This document shows, piece by piece, positions 41,419-50,764 of a stretch of DNA of 64,000 nucleotides; the first letter of the stretch is position 1; every line of letters begins with the position of its first letter. The stretch lies in contig JAZNCN010000028.1 in assembly GCA_045587545.1 (NCBI GenBank), positions 79,045 through 143,044 of the forward strand, read 5' to 3'. This stretch comes from Candidatus Caccoplasma sp. GTDB lineage: Bacteria > Bacteroidota > Bacteroidia > Bacteroidales > G3-4614. The notes beneath the pieces were generated by a model, which saw only the letters and a program-made list of their open reading frames with translations, did no database searches and was not told where the DNA came from. A program made the position numbers and the translations under genes.

Positions 41419-42993
41419 ATGAAATTTAATAAAGTTTATACATTAGGAGGTATCGGATTGATATCTACATTAGGAGCTTGCACTTCTGTAAAAGAGGAAA
41501 AACCTTTGAATATTATTTACATAATGAGTGATGACCATACCCGTCAAGCAATGGGGTGCTATGGTTATGAGTATGCAAAAACTCCTAATTTAGACAAAAT
41601 AGCAAATGAAGGAGTTATATTTACAAATAGTTATGTAGCCAACTCAATAAGCGGACCCAGCCGAGCATGTATGCTCACAGGCAAGCATAGTCATGCAAAT
41701 GGTTTTACAAATAATATCGACTCGTATTTTGACGGGTCGCAACAAACATTTCCAAAACTTCTTCAAAAAGCAGGATATCAAACTGCAATAATTGGCAAAT
41801 GGCACCTGCATTCAGCACCAACAGGATTTGACCATTGGGAGATACTTAACGGACAAGGAGAGTATTTTAATCCTCAATTCATTACAAACGGAGACACAAC
41901 AGTTTGCGATGGATATGTAACAAATTTGATTACCGACAAAAGTATTGAATGGTTAGAGCAAAATAAAGACAACGAAAAACCATTCTGTCTGTTGGTGCAT
42001 CATAAAGCAATTCACCGCAATTGGATGGCAGACACTTGCGACCTGAAAGCATACGAAGATGTCGAGTTTCCGTTACCGGATAATTTCTATGATACATACG
42101 AAGGCAGAATTGCAGCAAAAGAGCAAGAGATGAATATCAAAACCACAGATATGGATTTGATATATGATCTTAAAATGTATCGTCCGGGACTTGAAAGTCG
42201 CCTACGCCAAAACTACATATCAAACGATGGCAAACATGGATTATATGGCACGATGAATGAAGAGCAACGAAAAGTTTGGGACGCACACTATAAACCCATA
42301 ATTGATGAATTTTATGCAGCCAACCTCAAAGGCAACGAATTGGCAGAATGGAAATATCAACGATATATGAAAGATTATATGAAGACAGTCAAATCAATGG
42401 ACGACAACATTGGCAGATTGCTTGCATATTTAGAAGAAAACGATTTATTGGATAATACATTGATTGTATATACATCGGACCAAGGGTTTTATATGGGAGA
42501 ACATGGTTGGTTTGACAAACGATTTATGTATGACGAATCTTTCAGCACTCCTTTAATTATGCGTTTACCCAAAGGATATGAGAGACGTGGAGAGATTAAA
42601 GATCTTGTGCAAAACATTGACTATGCCCCCACATTCTTAGATATTGCCGGTGCAGAAATTCCCGATGATATTCAAGGCAAATCGATGTTGCCAATATTGA
42701 AAAGCGAAAATAACACAATGGAGCGCAAAGCATTATATTATCATTTCTATGAATACCCATCAGAACATGCCGTAAAAAGGCACTTTGGAATATATGATGG
42801 CAGATATAAATTAATTCATTTTTATAATGATATTGATGTTTGGGAACTTTACGACAGAGAAATTGATCCTAAAGAGATGACAAACTTATATGACAATCCC
42901 GAATACGGAGATATAATTGTAAAACTAAAACAAGAGTTAAAAGAGCTACAGATTGAGTATAACGACCCAATCTTGGAGCATTATCCTTTGTAA
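41419..42993 (+). CDS. sulfatase (Ser-type formylglycine motif)
   Basis: 524-aa ORF with a lipoprotein-like signal (GACTS). SDDHT, then SGPSRACMLTGK, which is the S-x-P-x-R signature. Confidence 0.85.
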   Translation: MKFNKVYTLGGIGLISTLGACTSVKEEKPLNIIYIMSDDHTRQAMGCYGYEYAKTPNLDKIANEGVIFTNSYVANSISGPSRACMLTGKHSHANGFTNNIDSYFDGSQQTFPKLLQKAGYQTAIIGKWHLHSAPTGFDHWEILNGQGEYFNPQFITNGDTTVCDGYVTNLITDKSIEWLEQNKDNEKPFCLLVHHKAIHRNWMADTCDLKAYEDVEFPLPDNFYDTYEGRIAAKEQEMNIKTTDMDLIYDLKMYRPGLESRLRQNYISNDGKHGLYGTMNEEQRKVWDAHYKPIIDEFYAANLKGNELAEWKYQRYMKDYMKTVKSMDDNIGRLLAYLEENDLLDNTLIVYTSDQGFYMGEHGWFDKRFMYDESFSTPLIMRLPKGYERRGEIKDLVQNIDYAPTFLDIAGAEIPDDIQGKSMLPILKSENNTMERKALYYHFYEYPSEHAVKRHFGIYDGRYKLIHFYNDIDVWELYDREIDPKEMTNLYDNPEYGDIIVKLKQELKELQIEYNDPILEHYPL

Positions 42994-43011
42994 TTTGAGG
43001 TAGGTATGTTA

Positions 43012-43077
43012 CGAGTAGGGGCGGATTTCCTTTATTAATATTTATTGGGGATTACCTCCCCTACTCGCACATTTTAT
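43012..43077 (+). terminator. possible terminator: 10-bp stem cgagtagggg/cccctactcg with a 46-nt loop
   Basis: Lies 19 nt after the sulfatase stop. The large loop makes terminator function uncertain. Confidence 0.3.
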
Positions 43078-43170
43078 ATAAACAAAGGTTTGTTTATTCA
43101 AGTAATAAATAACGCTCTCTGATAATAGAACAATAATGTTATATTTTTGTTCATTAAGAAAAGAAGTTTT

Positions 43171-43467
43171 ATGGAATTAAATAATTTACATGGTCTGCTA
43201 ATAGGCATTTGCACCTTTTTGATTATAGGACTTTTTCACCCAATAGTAATAAAAGCAGAATACTATTGGGGAACAAAAAGTTGGTGGATATTTTTGGTGA
43301 TGGGTATTATAGGGTGCACAGCATCAATACTATGCGATAACCTTACAATATCAGCACTGTTAGGAGTATTCTCGTTCTCATCGTTCTGGAGCATTAAAGA
43401 GGTGTTTGAACAACGTAAAAGAGTTGAAAAAGGGTGGTTCCCAGAAAACCCTAATCGTAAGAAATAA
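43171..43467 (+). CDS. small membrane protein (DUF4491-like)
   Basis: About 98 aa from the ATG at 43171, with 3 predicted TM helices. The family call is tentative. Confidence 0.45.
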   Translation: MELNNLHGLLIGICTFLIIGLFHPIVIKAEYYWGTKSWWIFLVMGIIGCTASILCDNLTISALLGVFSFSSFWSIKEVFEQRKRVEKGWFPENPNRKK

Positions 43468-43477
43468 CATATAGATA

Positions 43478-44272
43478 ATGATAACTGCATCTGTTGTAAC
43501 ATATAATACCGATATTGAGGAGTTAAACAACTGCCTCGCTGACATTGAGGCATCAATGATAGAGCGAGTATATGTTATTGACAACTCAAGCAGAGATTAT
43601 ATTGAACAAGCCTGCAAAGCTTTTGAGAAAGCAGAATATATACCATCAGAGAACAGAGGCTTTGGAGCAGGGCACAATATTGCCATACGTGAAGCAATGG
43701 CTAAGGGTAGCAAGTATCATATTGTTATGAATAGCGATATCAGTTTTAAAAGCTCAGCAATAGAGGTGCTATACAACTATATGAACAGCAACCCCGATGT
43801 TGCACAGGCACAACCTAAAATTGTATATCCCAACGGAGAGATACAATACACCTGCCGACTACTGCCAACACCTGCAAACCTTATTTTCAGACGTTTCATG
43901 CCAAAGAGTTGGAGCAAGAAGATGGACGACAGGTATCTGCTTAAGAACAGAGATTTAACGAAAGAGATGAATATCCCCTATCATCAAGGAAGTTTTATCT
44001 TTTTCAGGACAGAGTGTTTTAAAAAGGTTGGATTATTTGACGAACGCTTTTTTATGTACCCCGAGGATATTGATATAACCCGCCGAATGCATAAGTATTA
44101 CCGAACAATGTATGTCCCATATACAACAATTATACACAACCACAGAGCAGAATCGTATAAAAACAGGAAGATGCTTAAAATACATATCATAAATATGATA
44201 AAGTATTTTAATAAGTGGGGCTGGGTATTTGATAAGGAACGGAGAGAGTGGAATAAGAAGTTTAGTTGTTAG
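43478..44272 (+). CDS. family 2 glycosyltransferase
   Basis: 264-aa ORF. SVVTYN...VIDNSS...GFGAGHN and the MNSD DxD-like region are typical of rhamnosyltransferase-like GT2 enzymes. Confidence 0.8.
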   Translation: MITASVVTYNTDIEELNNCLADIEASMIERVYVIDNSSRDYIEQACKAFEKAEYIPSENRGFGAGHNIAIREAMAKGSKYHIVMNSDISFKSSAIEVLYNYMNSNPDVAQAQPKIVYPNGEIQYTCRLLPTPANLIFRRFMPKSWSKKMDDRYLLKNRDLTKEMNIPYHQGSFIFFRTECFKKVGLFDERFFMYPEDIDITRRMHKYYRTMYVPYTTIIHNHRAESYKNRKMLKIHIINMIKYFNKWGWVFDKERREWNKKFSC

Positions 44273-44309
44273 TATTATTAGACTAATTAGTCAAATTAGC
44301 CCAAATAGC
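44262..44309 (+). repeat. TTAG-repeat element: core TTAGTTGTTAG + 4 nonamers (tattattag actaattag tcaaattag cccaaatag)
   Basis: The GT2 stop codon (44270-44272) is the last TAG of the core. The 20-mer 44262-44281 is identical to the reverse complement of 48488-48507. Confidence 0.9.
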
Positions 44310-44310
44310 A

Positions 44311-44340
44311 AAAGGTTGTAACGCATGTGTTACAACCTTT
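44311..44340. terminator. bidirectional terminator hairpin aaaggttgtaac-gcatgt-gttacaaccttt
   Basis: 12-bp perfect stem between GT2 (+) and dcp (-). Confidence 0.75.
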
Positions 44341-44396
44341 GTCTTATTATTGAGTTTTTATTGTTTTTCTAAAAACTGACAGCTAATAGCTGATAG

Positions 44397-46487
44397 CTAT
44401 TTTATTCCGTCGCGTTTCATTATTGCTTCAATGCTGGGCTCTGCTCCGCGGAAATCAATGTATAGTTTCATCGGTTCTTCTGTTCCTCCTTTTTCAAGTA
44501 TGTTTTTGCGGAATGAGTCGGCTGTTGCTTTGTCAAATATTCCGTTTTGTTTGAATAGTGCAAATGCATCGGCATCTAATACTTCTGCCCATTTGTAGCC
44601 ATAGTAGCCTGCTGCATAGCCTCCGTCAAATATGTGTCCGAAGTGAGTACTCATATTGGTTCCTTCGGGTACGGGCAACAACACCGCTTTTGCCATTGAT
44701 GAATACTCTTGTTGCAACATATTTGTTGGTATTTCGCCTTGCAGTGTGTGCCAACCCATATCTAAATATCCTAATGATAATTGACGTAGGCATGCGTATG
44801 CTGCATTGAATTGTTTTGTTGCTTCTACTTTCTCTATTAACTCTACCGGTATTTTCTCGCCTGTTTGGTAATGCTCGGCAAATGTATCTAAGAACTCTTT
44901 TTCGCTCAACCAGTTCTCCATTATTTGTGAGGGCAACTCAACAAAGTCGCGATATACTGATGTTCCTGATACTGATGCATAGTTACATTTGGTCAGCATT
45001 CCGTGTAATGAGTGTCCGAACTCATGTAGGAATGTTCCTACTTCATCAAAACTTAATAGTGCCGGTTTGTCTTTGGTCGGTTTGGTAAAGTTCATTACAA
45101 GTAGTATGTGCGGACGGCTGTCGGTTCCGTCTTTTTCGACCCATTGTTTTTTAAAGTCGGTTTTCCATGCTCCTTGTTGTTTTGTTTCGCGAGGGAAGAA
45201 ATCGGTGTATAGTATTCCCATATAATTACCATCGGCATCGGTTACTTTAAACACCTCAACTTCTTCGTTATATACAGGTATGTCTGTTCTCTTTTCAAAT
45301 TGCAAGCCATATAGTGTGGTTGCCAAACCAAATACTCCTTTTTTTACCTTCTCTAAATCAAAGTATGGTTTTAGCATCTCATCGTTCAAATCGTAATTTT
45401 TGGTTTTGTATAAATCTGAGTAGTATGACCAATCCCATGGCATTAGATCAACCTCTTTTCCCTCTACCTCTTTTGCAAAGGCTTTGATTTTTTCTACATC
45501 TTTTTTGGCTGCCGGTGTATAGGCTTCTAACAGATTATCAAGTAAGTTATATACTGCTTCGGGTGTTTTTGCCATACGGTTATCAAGTACGTATGTTGCC
45601 CAATCTTTGTATCCTAACAGGTTTGCCAACTCTTTACGTGCTGTTACCTGCTCTAATATGTTTTGTGTGTTATCATACTCTCCGCCTAATGCTACTGAGT
45701 TGTATGCCCGGTACATCTTCTCTCTTAACTCTCTGTTTTGAGAATATTTCATAAATGGGAAGAATGAGGGGTATGATACATTAAAGAGATATCCCTCTTT
45801 CCCTTTTGCCTCGGCACGCATTTTAGCTGCTTCTCTTGCTCCTTCGGGTAGTCCTGCAAGCTCTTCTTCTGTTGTCAAAATCATTTCAAATGCATTGCTC
45901 GATTTCAACTGATTTTGACCGAATGTTAATGATAGACTATCTAATTTTGAGGTTAGTTTTCGGTATTGTTCTTTTTGTTCGCCTTGTAGGTTTGCTCCGT
46001 TACGAACCATCGATTTATATGAATCTTCAAGAAGTGTTAGTTGCTCGCGTGTTAAATCTAATGTCTCTCTTGTCTCATATACTGCTTTTATTCTCTCAAA
46101 GAGTTGTTCATTTAATGTAAGGTTATTTGTATGCTCTGTCAGCATGGGCATCAACTCTTGTGAAAGGTTCATCATTGCCTCATCGCCATCTGCCGATAAG
46201 AGGTTGAAAAATATGTTTGTTACACGGTTTAATAGCAATCCTGATGCTTCGTATGCTTCGATTGTGTTCTCAAATGTTGGTGCTTCGGGATTGTTTATTA
46301 TTGCATCAACTTCTTGCTGATGTTGTTTTATTCCCTCTATCATGGCCGGTTTGTAATCTGCCAACTCAATTTTGTCGAATGGTGCTGTTCCGAATGGACC
46401 ATCAAACTCTGCCAATAATGGATTTTGTCTGCAACTGCTCATTGTAATTGTTGTGATTAATGCTAAAATTGTAATTAATTGTTTCAT
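44397..46487 (-). CDS. dcp: M3-family peptidyl-dipeptidase (Dcp-like)
   Basis: 696-aa ORF with a lipoprotein signal (TITMSSC). Zinc motif HEFGH, followed by an M3 C-terminal domain. Confidence 0.85.
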   Translation of the reverse strand: MKQLITILALITTITMSSCRQNPLLAEFDGPFGTAPFDKIELADYKPAMIEGIKQHQQEVDAIINNPEAPTFENTIEAYEASGLLLNRVTNIFFNLLSADGDEAMMNLSQELMPMLTEHTNNLTLNEQLFERIKAVYETRETLDLTREQLTLLEDSYKSMVRNGANLQGEQKEQYRKLTSKLDSLSLTFGQNQLKSSNAFEMILTTEEELAGLPEGAREAAKMRAEAKGKEGYLFNVSYPSFFPFMKYSQNRELREKMYRAYNSVALGGEYDNTQNILEQVTARKELANLLGYKDWATYVLDNRMAKTPEAVYNLLDNLLEAYTPAAKKDVEKIKAFAKEVEGKEVDLMPWDWSYYSDLYKTKNYDLNDEMLKPYFDLEKVKKGVFGLATTLYGLQFEKRTDIPVYNEEVEVFKVTDADGNYMGILYTDFFPRETKQQGAWKTDFKKQWVEKDGTDSRPHILLVMNFTKPTKDKPALLSFDEVGTFLHEFGHSLHGMLTKCNYASVSGTSVYRDFVELPSQIMENWLSEKEFLDTFAEHYQTGEKIPVELIEKVEATKQFNAAYACLRQLSLGYLDMGWHTLQGEIPTNMLQQEYSSMAKAVLLPVPEGTNMSTHFGHIFDGGYAAGYYGYKWAEVLDADAFALFKQNGIFDKATADSFRKNILEKGGTEEPMKLYIDFRGAEPSIEAIMKRDGIK

Positions 46488-46529
46488 ATTTCCCTCTTTT
46501 TAGAGTATTATAATTAAGGTTTTATTTTA

Positions 46530-46537
46530 TACTTTTG
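46530..46537 (+). promoter_or_regulatory. -7 promoter box TACTTTTG
   Basis: TAnnTTTG match 38 nt upstream of the 46575 start. Confidence 0.4.
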
Positions 46538-46574
46538 CATTGTATTCGGCAAAGTTATAAAATTAGAGCGAAGA

Positions 46575-48404
46575 ATGAAACAAAGATTTATATTTTTAAT
46601 AAAGGTTTACTTCTATTTTTTAGCAATATTTGTACTGCTTAAACCCATTTTTATGTTGTGCTATAACAACATTTATGCCGGGACTCCAATCAGCGAATGG
46701 TTCAAAATTATATATAACGGACTATCTATGGATATTTCTGTTGTATCGTATATTATTGCTCCTATATTGTTAATAACCATATTCTCTGTTTGGTTCAAAG
46801 GTAAATGGGTGAAATATGCCAATAATATATATTTGGGCGTTATATCGGTATTGCTTTCTATTGTAGTTATAACCGATTTGGCTCTATATTCGTACTGGGG
46901 GTTTAGAATTGATGCCACTCCTATTTTTTATTTAGCAAACCCGTCTGAGGCTCTTGCAAGTGCTAAGAGTTGGGAGTTAATTCTCTTCCCTTTTATTATG
47001 ATTATAACCTCAATTGCCATATTCTACCCTTTGAGAAAATTTTGTAAGGGTTGCGACAAATGGAAAGGTTATGGCAATGTGACTAAAGGTATAGCTGAGA
47101 CTCTGCTTTTTATTTTTATTGGAGGTTTGGTATTTTTAGGTATCAGGGGTGGAATTGGCACCTCTACTATGAATGTTGGCAGAGCCTACTATTCTACCGA
47201 AATCAAATATAATCATGCGGCTGTAAACCCTATATTCAGTTTGTTATACTCTGCTACTCATCAAAACAATTTTGCCGATTATGCAAGGTTTATGACCGAT
47301 GATGAGGCTGAGCAAATTTTCAGTTCACTTTTTAGTGATAAGGTTTATATTCCTAATGATGACGAGTGTTGGTTAAACAACAGAAAACCTAATATAGTTT
47401 TTATAATTTTAGAGGGTTTTTCAAAGGGTGCTTTATTTAATAATGGCGTTGAAATTGCTCCAAACTTGCTTAAACTATCGCGTGAAGCTATTTCGTTTAA
47501 TAACATATATGCCAACAGTTTTAGGACTGACAGAGGACTTTTTTCTGTAATTGATGGCTTCCCGGCTCTTCCTACAACTTCTGTAATGAAATATCCTGAC
47601 AAGATGACAACTTTTCCGTCTCTTGTAGGGGCTATAAAAGAGAATGGCTACAACACATCGTTCTTGTATGGCGGTGATGCCAATTTTACCAATATGCGCT
47701 CATTTTTTGCAACAGGCGGAACTGATGAGTTTGTTACCGACGTTGAATTAAACGTAAGCCGTATTGAATCAAAATGGGGTGCTAACGACCATATTACTTT
47801 TGAGTATCTTAAAAACGATATTTTAAATTATAATAAGGAGAATCCTTTCTTAAAGGTATTCTTAACATTAAGTAGCCATGAGCCTTTTGAGGTTCCATTT
47901 AAAAAGTTTGAAAATCCCTACTTGAACTCTATTGCCTATACTGATAGTTGCTTGGGTAATTTTATTGATAATTTAAAAGAGAATAAAATTTGGAAGAATA
48001 CATTGGTTGTTCTTATTCCTGACCATGGTGTTAATTATCTGTTAGGGTATAACGACAGGGGGAAAGAGAGCCACTCAATACCTGCCGTATGGTGCGGTGG
48101 AGCAATAAAGGAGATGAAACAGATTGATGATTATGCTTCTCAATCGGATATGGCTTCTACTCTACTTGCCCAGCTGGGTATAGACTATGGCAAATTCAAA
48201 TATAGCAGAAACATTGCCGATACTACTCTTACAAATTTTGCATATTGGACCTTCCCTAATGGTTTTGCCATGGCTGACAGCTCAAATTTTGTTATTTATG
48301 ATTGCGATGCTAATTCTGCCACAACTATGGAAGGGGATAAAAGTGAACAACTTTTGCAACAGGGTAAAGCCATATTGCAAAAGTTGTATGATAGGGTTAA
48401 ATAG
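46575..48404 (+). CDS. LTA-synthase-family sulfatase-like transferase (membrane-anchored)
   Basis: 609-aa ORF. An N-terminal polytopic membrane domain plus a C-terminal sulfatase-fold domain (ILEGFS, SSHEPF, PDHG). Confidence 0.75.
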   Translation: MKQRFIFLIKVYFYFLAIFVLLKPIFMLCYNNIYAGTPISEWFKIIYNGLSMDISVVSYIIAPILLITIFSVWFKGKWVKYANNIYLGVISVLLSIVVITDLALYSYWGFRIDATPIFYLANPSEALASAKSWELILFPFIMIITSIAIFYPLRKFCKGCDKWKGYGNVTKGIAETLLFIFIGGLVFLGIRGGIGTSTMNVGRAYYSTEIKYNHAAVNPIFSLLYSATHQNNFADYARFMTDDEAEQIFSSLFSDKVYIPNDDECWLNNRKPNIVFIILEGFSKGALFNNGVEIAPNLLKLSREAISFNNIYANSFRTDRGLFSVIDGFPALPTTSVMKYPDKMTTFPSLVGAIKENGYNTSFLYGGDANFTNMRSFFATGGTDEFVTDVELNVSRIESKWGANDHITFEYLKNDILNYNKENPFLKVFLTLSSHEPFEVPFKKFENPYLNSIAYTDSCLGNFIDNLKENKIWKNTLVVLIPDHGVNYLLGYNDRGKESHSIPAVWCGGAIKEMKQIDDYASQSDMASTLLAQLGIDYGKFKYSRNIADTTLTNFAYWTFPNGFAMADSSNFVIYDCDANSATTMEGDKSEQLLQQGKAILQKLYDRVK

Positions 48405-48454
48405 TTGTTAGTTTTTAGTTAAATGGTGGTGCATTGAACTGCAACTACTTGCTT

Positions 48455-48507
48455 CTTAGTCTAATTTTTCCAATTAGGCTAATTGGGCTAATAATACTAA
48501 CAACTAA
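48455..48507 (-). repeat. TTAG-repeat element (minus strand): core GTTAGTTGTTAG + nonamers tattattag cccaattag cctaattgg aaaaattag
   Basis: The fprA stop codon (48497-48499) is the last TAG of the core. This is an inverted copy of the element at 44262-44309. Confidence 0.9.
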
Positions 48508-49684
48508 CAACTGCTTTAATATTCTCAGCAAGTTGCTTGCTAAGGGCTTTTACATCAACATCTAAGCCCGCTTGTTTTATCTCAATTTTAGGCTCAATTA
48601 TTTGCCATTTCATTGTTTCAGCAAATGCTGTTAGGCGTTTTACTGCCGCTCCTGCCCATGAGAATGAGCCAAAGCATGCAAAGGTCTTGTTCTTTATTAT
48701 TCTTCCTTCCAACTTAACACATAAATCGGCTACTTTGGGAAATAATTCTGAATTATAGGTTGGCGAGCCTAATATAAGGGTATTATATTTGAATACATCG
48801 CGTAATACATATGATGCATCTACCTCTGACAAATCGTGCATTACCACATTCTTAATGCCTGCCTCAACAAGTGCTTCGTATATGTTTTTTGCTACATCGG
48901 CTGTATGCCCATACATACTGCCATATGCTATTACCACGCCTTCATCGCCTTGATAACGTGCCATTTTCAGATATTGCTCAACTATCTGAGGAACGTACTT
49001 TTTCCAAACGGGACCGTGTGTTGAACAGATATAGTTAATGGGTAATGATGATAGTTTTTCTATGGCTTTTTCAACAGGACCTCCATATTTTCCTACAATA
49101 TTTGAGTAGTAACGATACATTTCGTCGGTAAAAATTGTCATATCAGCCGCTTCGTCCATTACATCTTCACCTACTGCGCCAAATGCGCCAAATGCATCGC
49201 CTGAAAAAAGGAGTCCTTCTTCATTGATATATGTCATCATTGTTTCGGGCCAATGTACCATGGGAGTTAAATGGAACGTTAATGTTTTTTCTCCAATATT
49301 AAGAGTCTCTCCATCTTTTACCTCTTTTACGTTTTTTGTTATTCCGTAAAAGCCCGATAGCATTCCTAATGTCTTTATGTTTCCTATTATCTGAATATCG
49401 GGGTATTTTTCAATAAGTTTAAGCAACGATGATGAGTGGTCGGGTTCCATATGGTTTACCACTACATAATCAATTTTATCATTGCCTATAACCTCTTCTA
49501 TCTGCGAGAAAAAGATACTGTTATATGAATACTCAACGGTATCGATAAGTACGTTTATTTTATCTTTTATAAGGTAAGCATTGTAACTTACTCCGTAGGG
49601 TAATGGCCACAAACGTTCAAATAAGGTTGTTGCGTTATCGTTTACCCCTACGTAATATACATTGTTTGTTATCTCTCTTTTCAT
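48497..49684 (-). CDS. FprA-family flavodiiron protein (A-type flavoprotein)
   Basis: 395-aa ORF. Metallo-beta-lactamase-like di-iron domain (HMEPDHS) plus a C-terminal flavodoxin domain. Confidence 0.85.
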   Translation of the reverse strand: MKREITNNVYYVGVNDNATTLFERLWPLPYGVSYNAYLIKDKINVLIDTVEYSYNSIFFSQIEEVIGNDKIDYVVVNHMEPDHSSSLLKLIEKYPDIQIIGNIKTLGMLSGFYGITKNVKEVKDGETLNIGEKTLTFHLTPMVHWPETMMTYINEEGLLFSGDAFGAFGAVGEDVMDEAADMTIFTDEMYRYYSNIVGKYGGPVEKAIEKLSSLPINYICSTHGPVWKKYVPQIVEQYLKMARYQGDEGVVIAYGSMYGHTADVAKNIYEALVEAGIKNVVMHDLSEVDASYVLRDVFKYNTLILGSPTYNSELFPKVADLCVKLEGRIIKNKTFACFGSFSWAGAAVKRLTAFAETMKWQIIEPKIEIKQAGLDVDVKALSKQLAENIKAVVSC

Positions 49685-49692
49685 ATCGGATT

Positions 49693-50580
49693 TTAATCTA
49701 TAAATCGTTTTAATATATTGCCGTATGCGTCAATTCTTCTATCGCGTAAGAACGGCCACCAACGACGCACGTTTTCTGTCCTCTCTCGGTCAATCTCTAC
49801 AACTTTTACACTCTCTTTATCAGTTGGTGCTTGATATAGGAACTCTCCTTGTGGTCCTGCCACAAAACTGCTTCCCCAAAATGTGATACCATTTGTCACT
49901 CCCGATGGGTCAGGCTCGTAACCTACCCTGTTTACAGCTATAACCGGCAGACCGTTTGCAACGGCATGTCCGCGTTGTACGGTTATCCATGCCTCTCGCT
50001 GACGAAACTTCTCTTCGTCTGTATCGGTACTCTCCCAACCTATTGCTGTCGGGTATATAAGCATATCGGCTCCTGCAAGTGCCATAAGGCGTGCAGCTTC
50101 GGGATACCATTGGTCCCAACATACCATCAATCCGAGTTTTCCGACAGAGGTTTCTATGGGTTTAAATCCCATATCCCCGGGTGTGAAATAAAATTTTTCG
50201 TAATATGCCGGGTCATCGGGTATGTGCATTTTGCGATATTTACCAGCAATTGTTCCGTCTTTCTCAAATACTACTGCTGTATTGTGATATAACCCGGCTG
50301 CTCGTTTTTCAAATAGAGAAGTTACCAACACAACACCGCACTCTGCTGCTACCGAGCTATAAAACGGTATTGCTTCGCCCGGAAATGGCTCGGCAAGCGA
50401 GAAATTTTCGGTATTCTCTACCTGACAAAAATATGGTGTATCGTGCAACTCTTGTAATATTACCAACTCTGCACCTTCTGATGCACATTTTCTGATACCT
50501 GATGCAAGAGTTTGACGATTATGCTCTTTATTGGGCGTGATTGATTGTTGTACCAATCCTATTTTCAATGTTTTATCCAC
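49693..50580 (-). CDS. aguB: N-carbamoylputrescine amidase (carbon-nitrogen hydrolase)
   Basis: CN-hydrolase blocks (LQELH, YRKMHIP, VCWDQWYPE). The GTG at 50580 gives the typical length of about 295 aa. The ORF-track ATG at 50646 would add 22 poorly conserved residues. Confidence 0.8.
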   Translation of the reverse strand: MDKTLKIGLVQQSITPNKEHNRQTLASGIRKCASEGAELVILQELHDTPYFCQVENTENFSLAEPFPGEAIPFYSSVAAECGVVLVTSLFEKRAAGLYHNTAVVFEKDGTIAGKYRKMHIPDDPAYYEKFYFTPGDMGFKPIETSVGKLGLMVCWDQWYPEAARLMALAGADMLIYPTAIGWESTDTDEEKFRQREAWITVQRGHAVANGLPVIAVNRVGYEPDPSGVTNGITFWGSSFVAGPQGEFLYQAPTDKESVKVVEIDRERTENVRRWWPFLRDRRIDAYGNILKRFID

Positions 50581-50686
50581 AATTATATAATATTTCTTTT
50601 GTTCCTGATTACAGAATCTATTTTCACTATTACTGCAAAAATACAAATTATAGCGGAGGTAATAAAATGATTTCAGTATTTTTATG

Positions 50687-50694
50687 TAACTTTG
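50687..50694 (+). promoter_or_regulatory. -7 promoter box TAACTTTG
   Basis: TAnnTTTG match 71 nt upstream of the ATG at 50765. Confidence 0.3.
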
Positions 50695-50764
50695 TTATAG
50701 ATATGTCTTATTGGGAACTCTATTATTGGTTTTCATATATCTATGTTATTTAATTTTTAAAGAT

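Noticed and set aside
50573-50581. Perfect DnaA box TTATCCACA.
   Set aside because: It is a single isolated copy lying on the probable GTG start codon and first codons of aguB (GTG GAT AAA on the minus strand). It is most simply explained as coding sequence.
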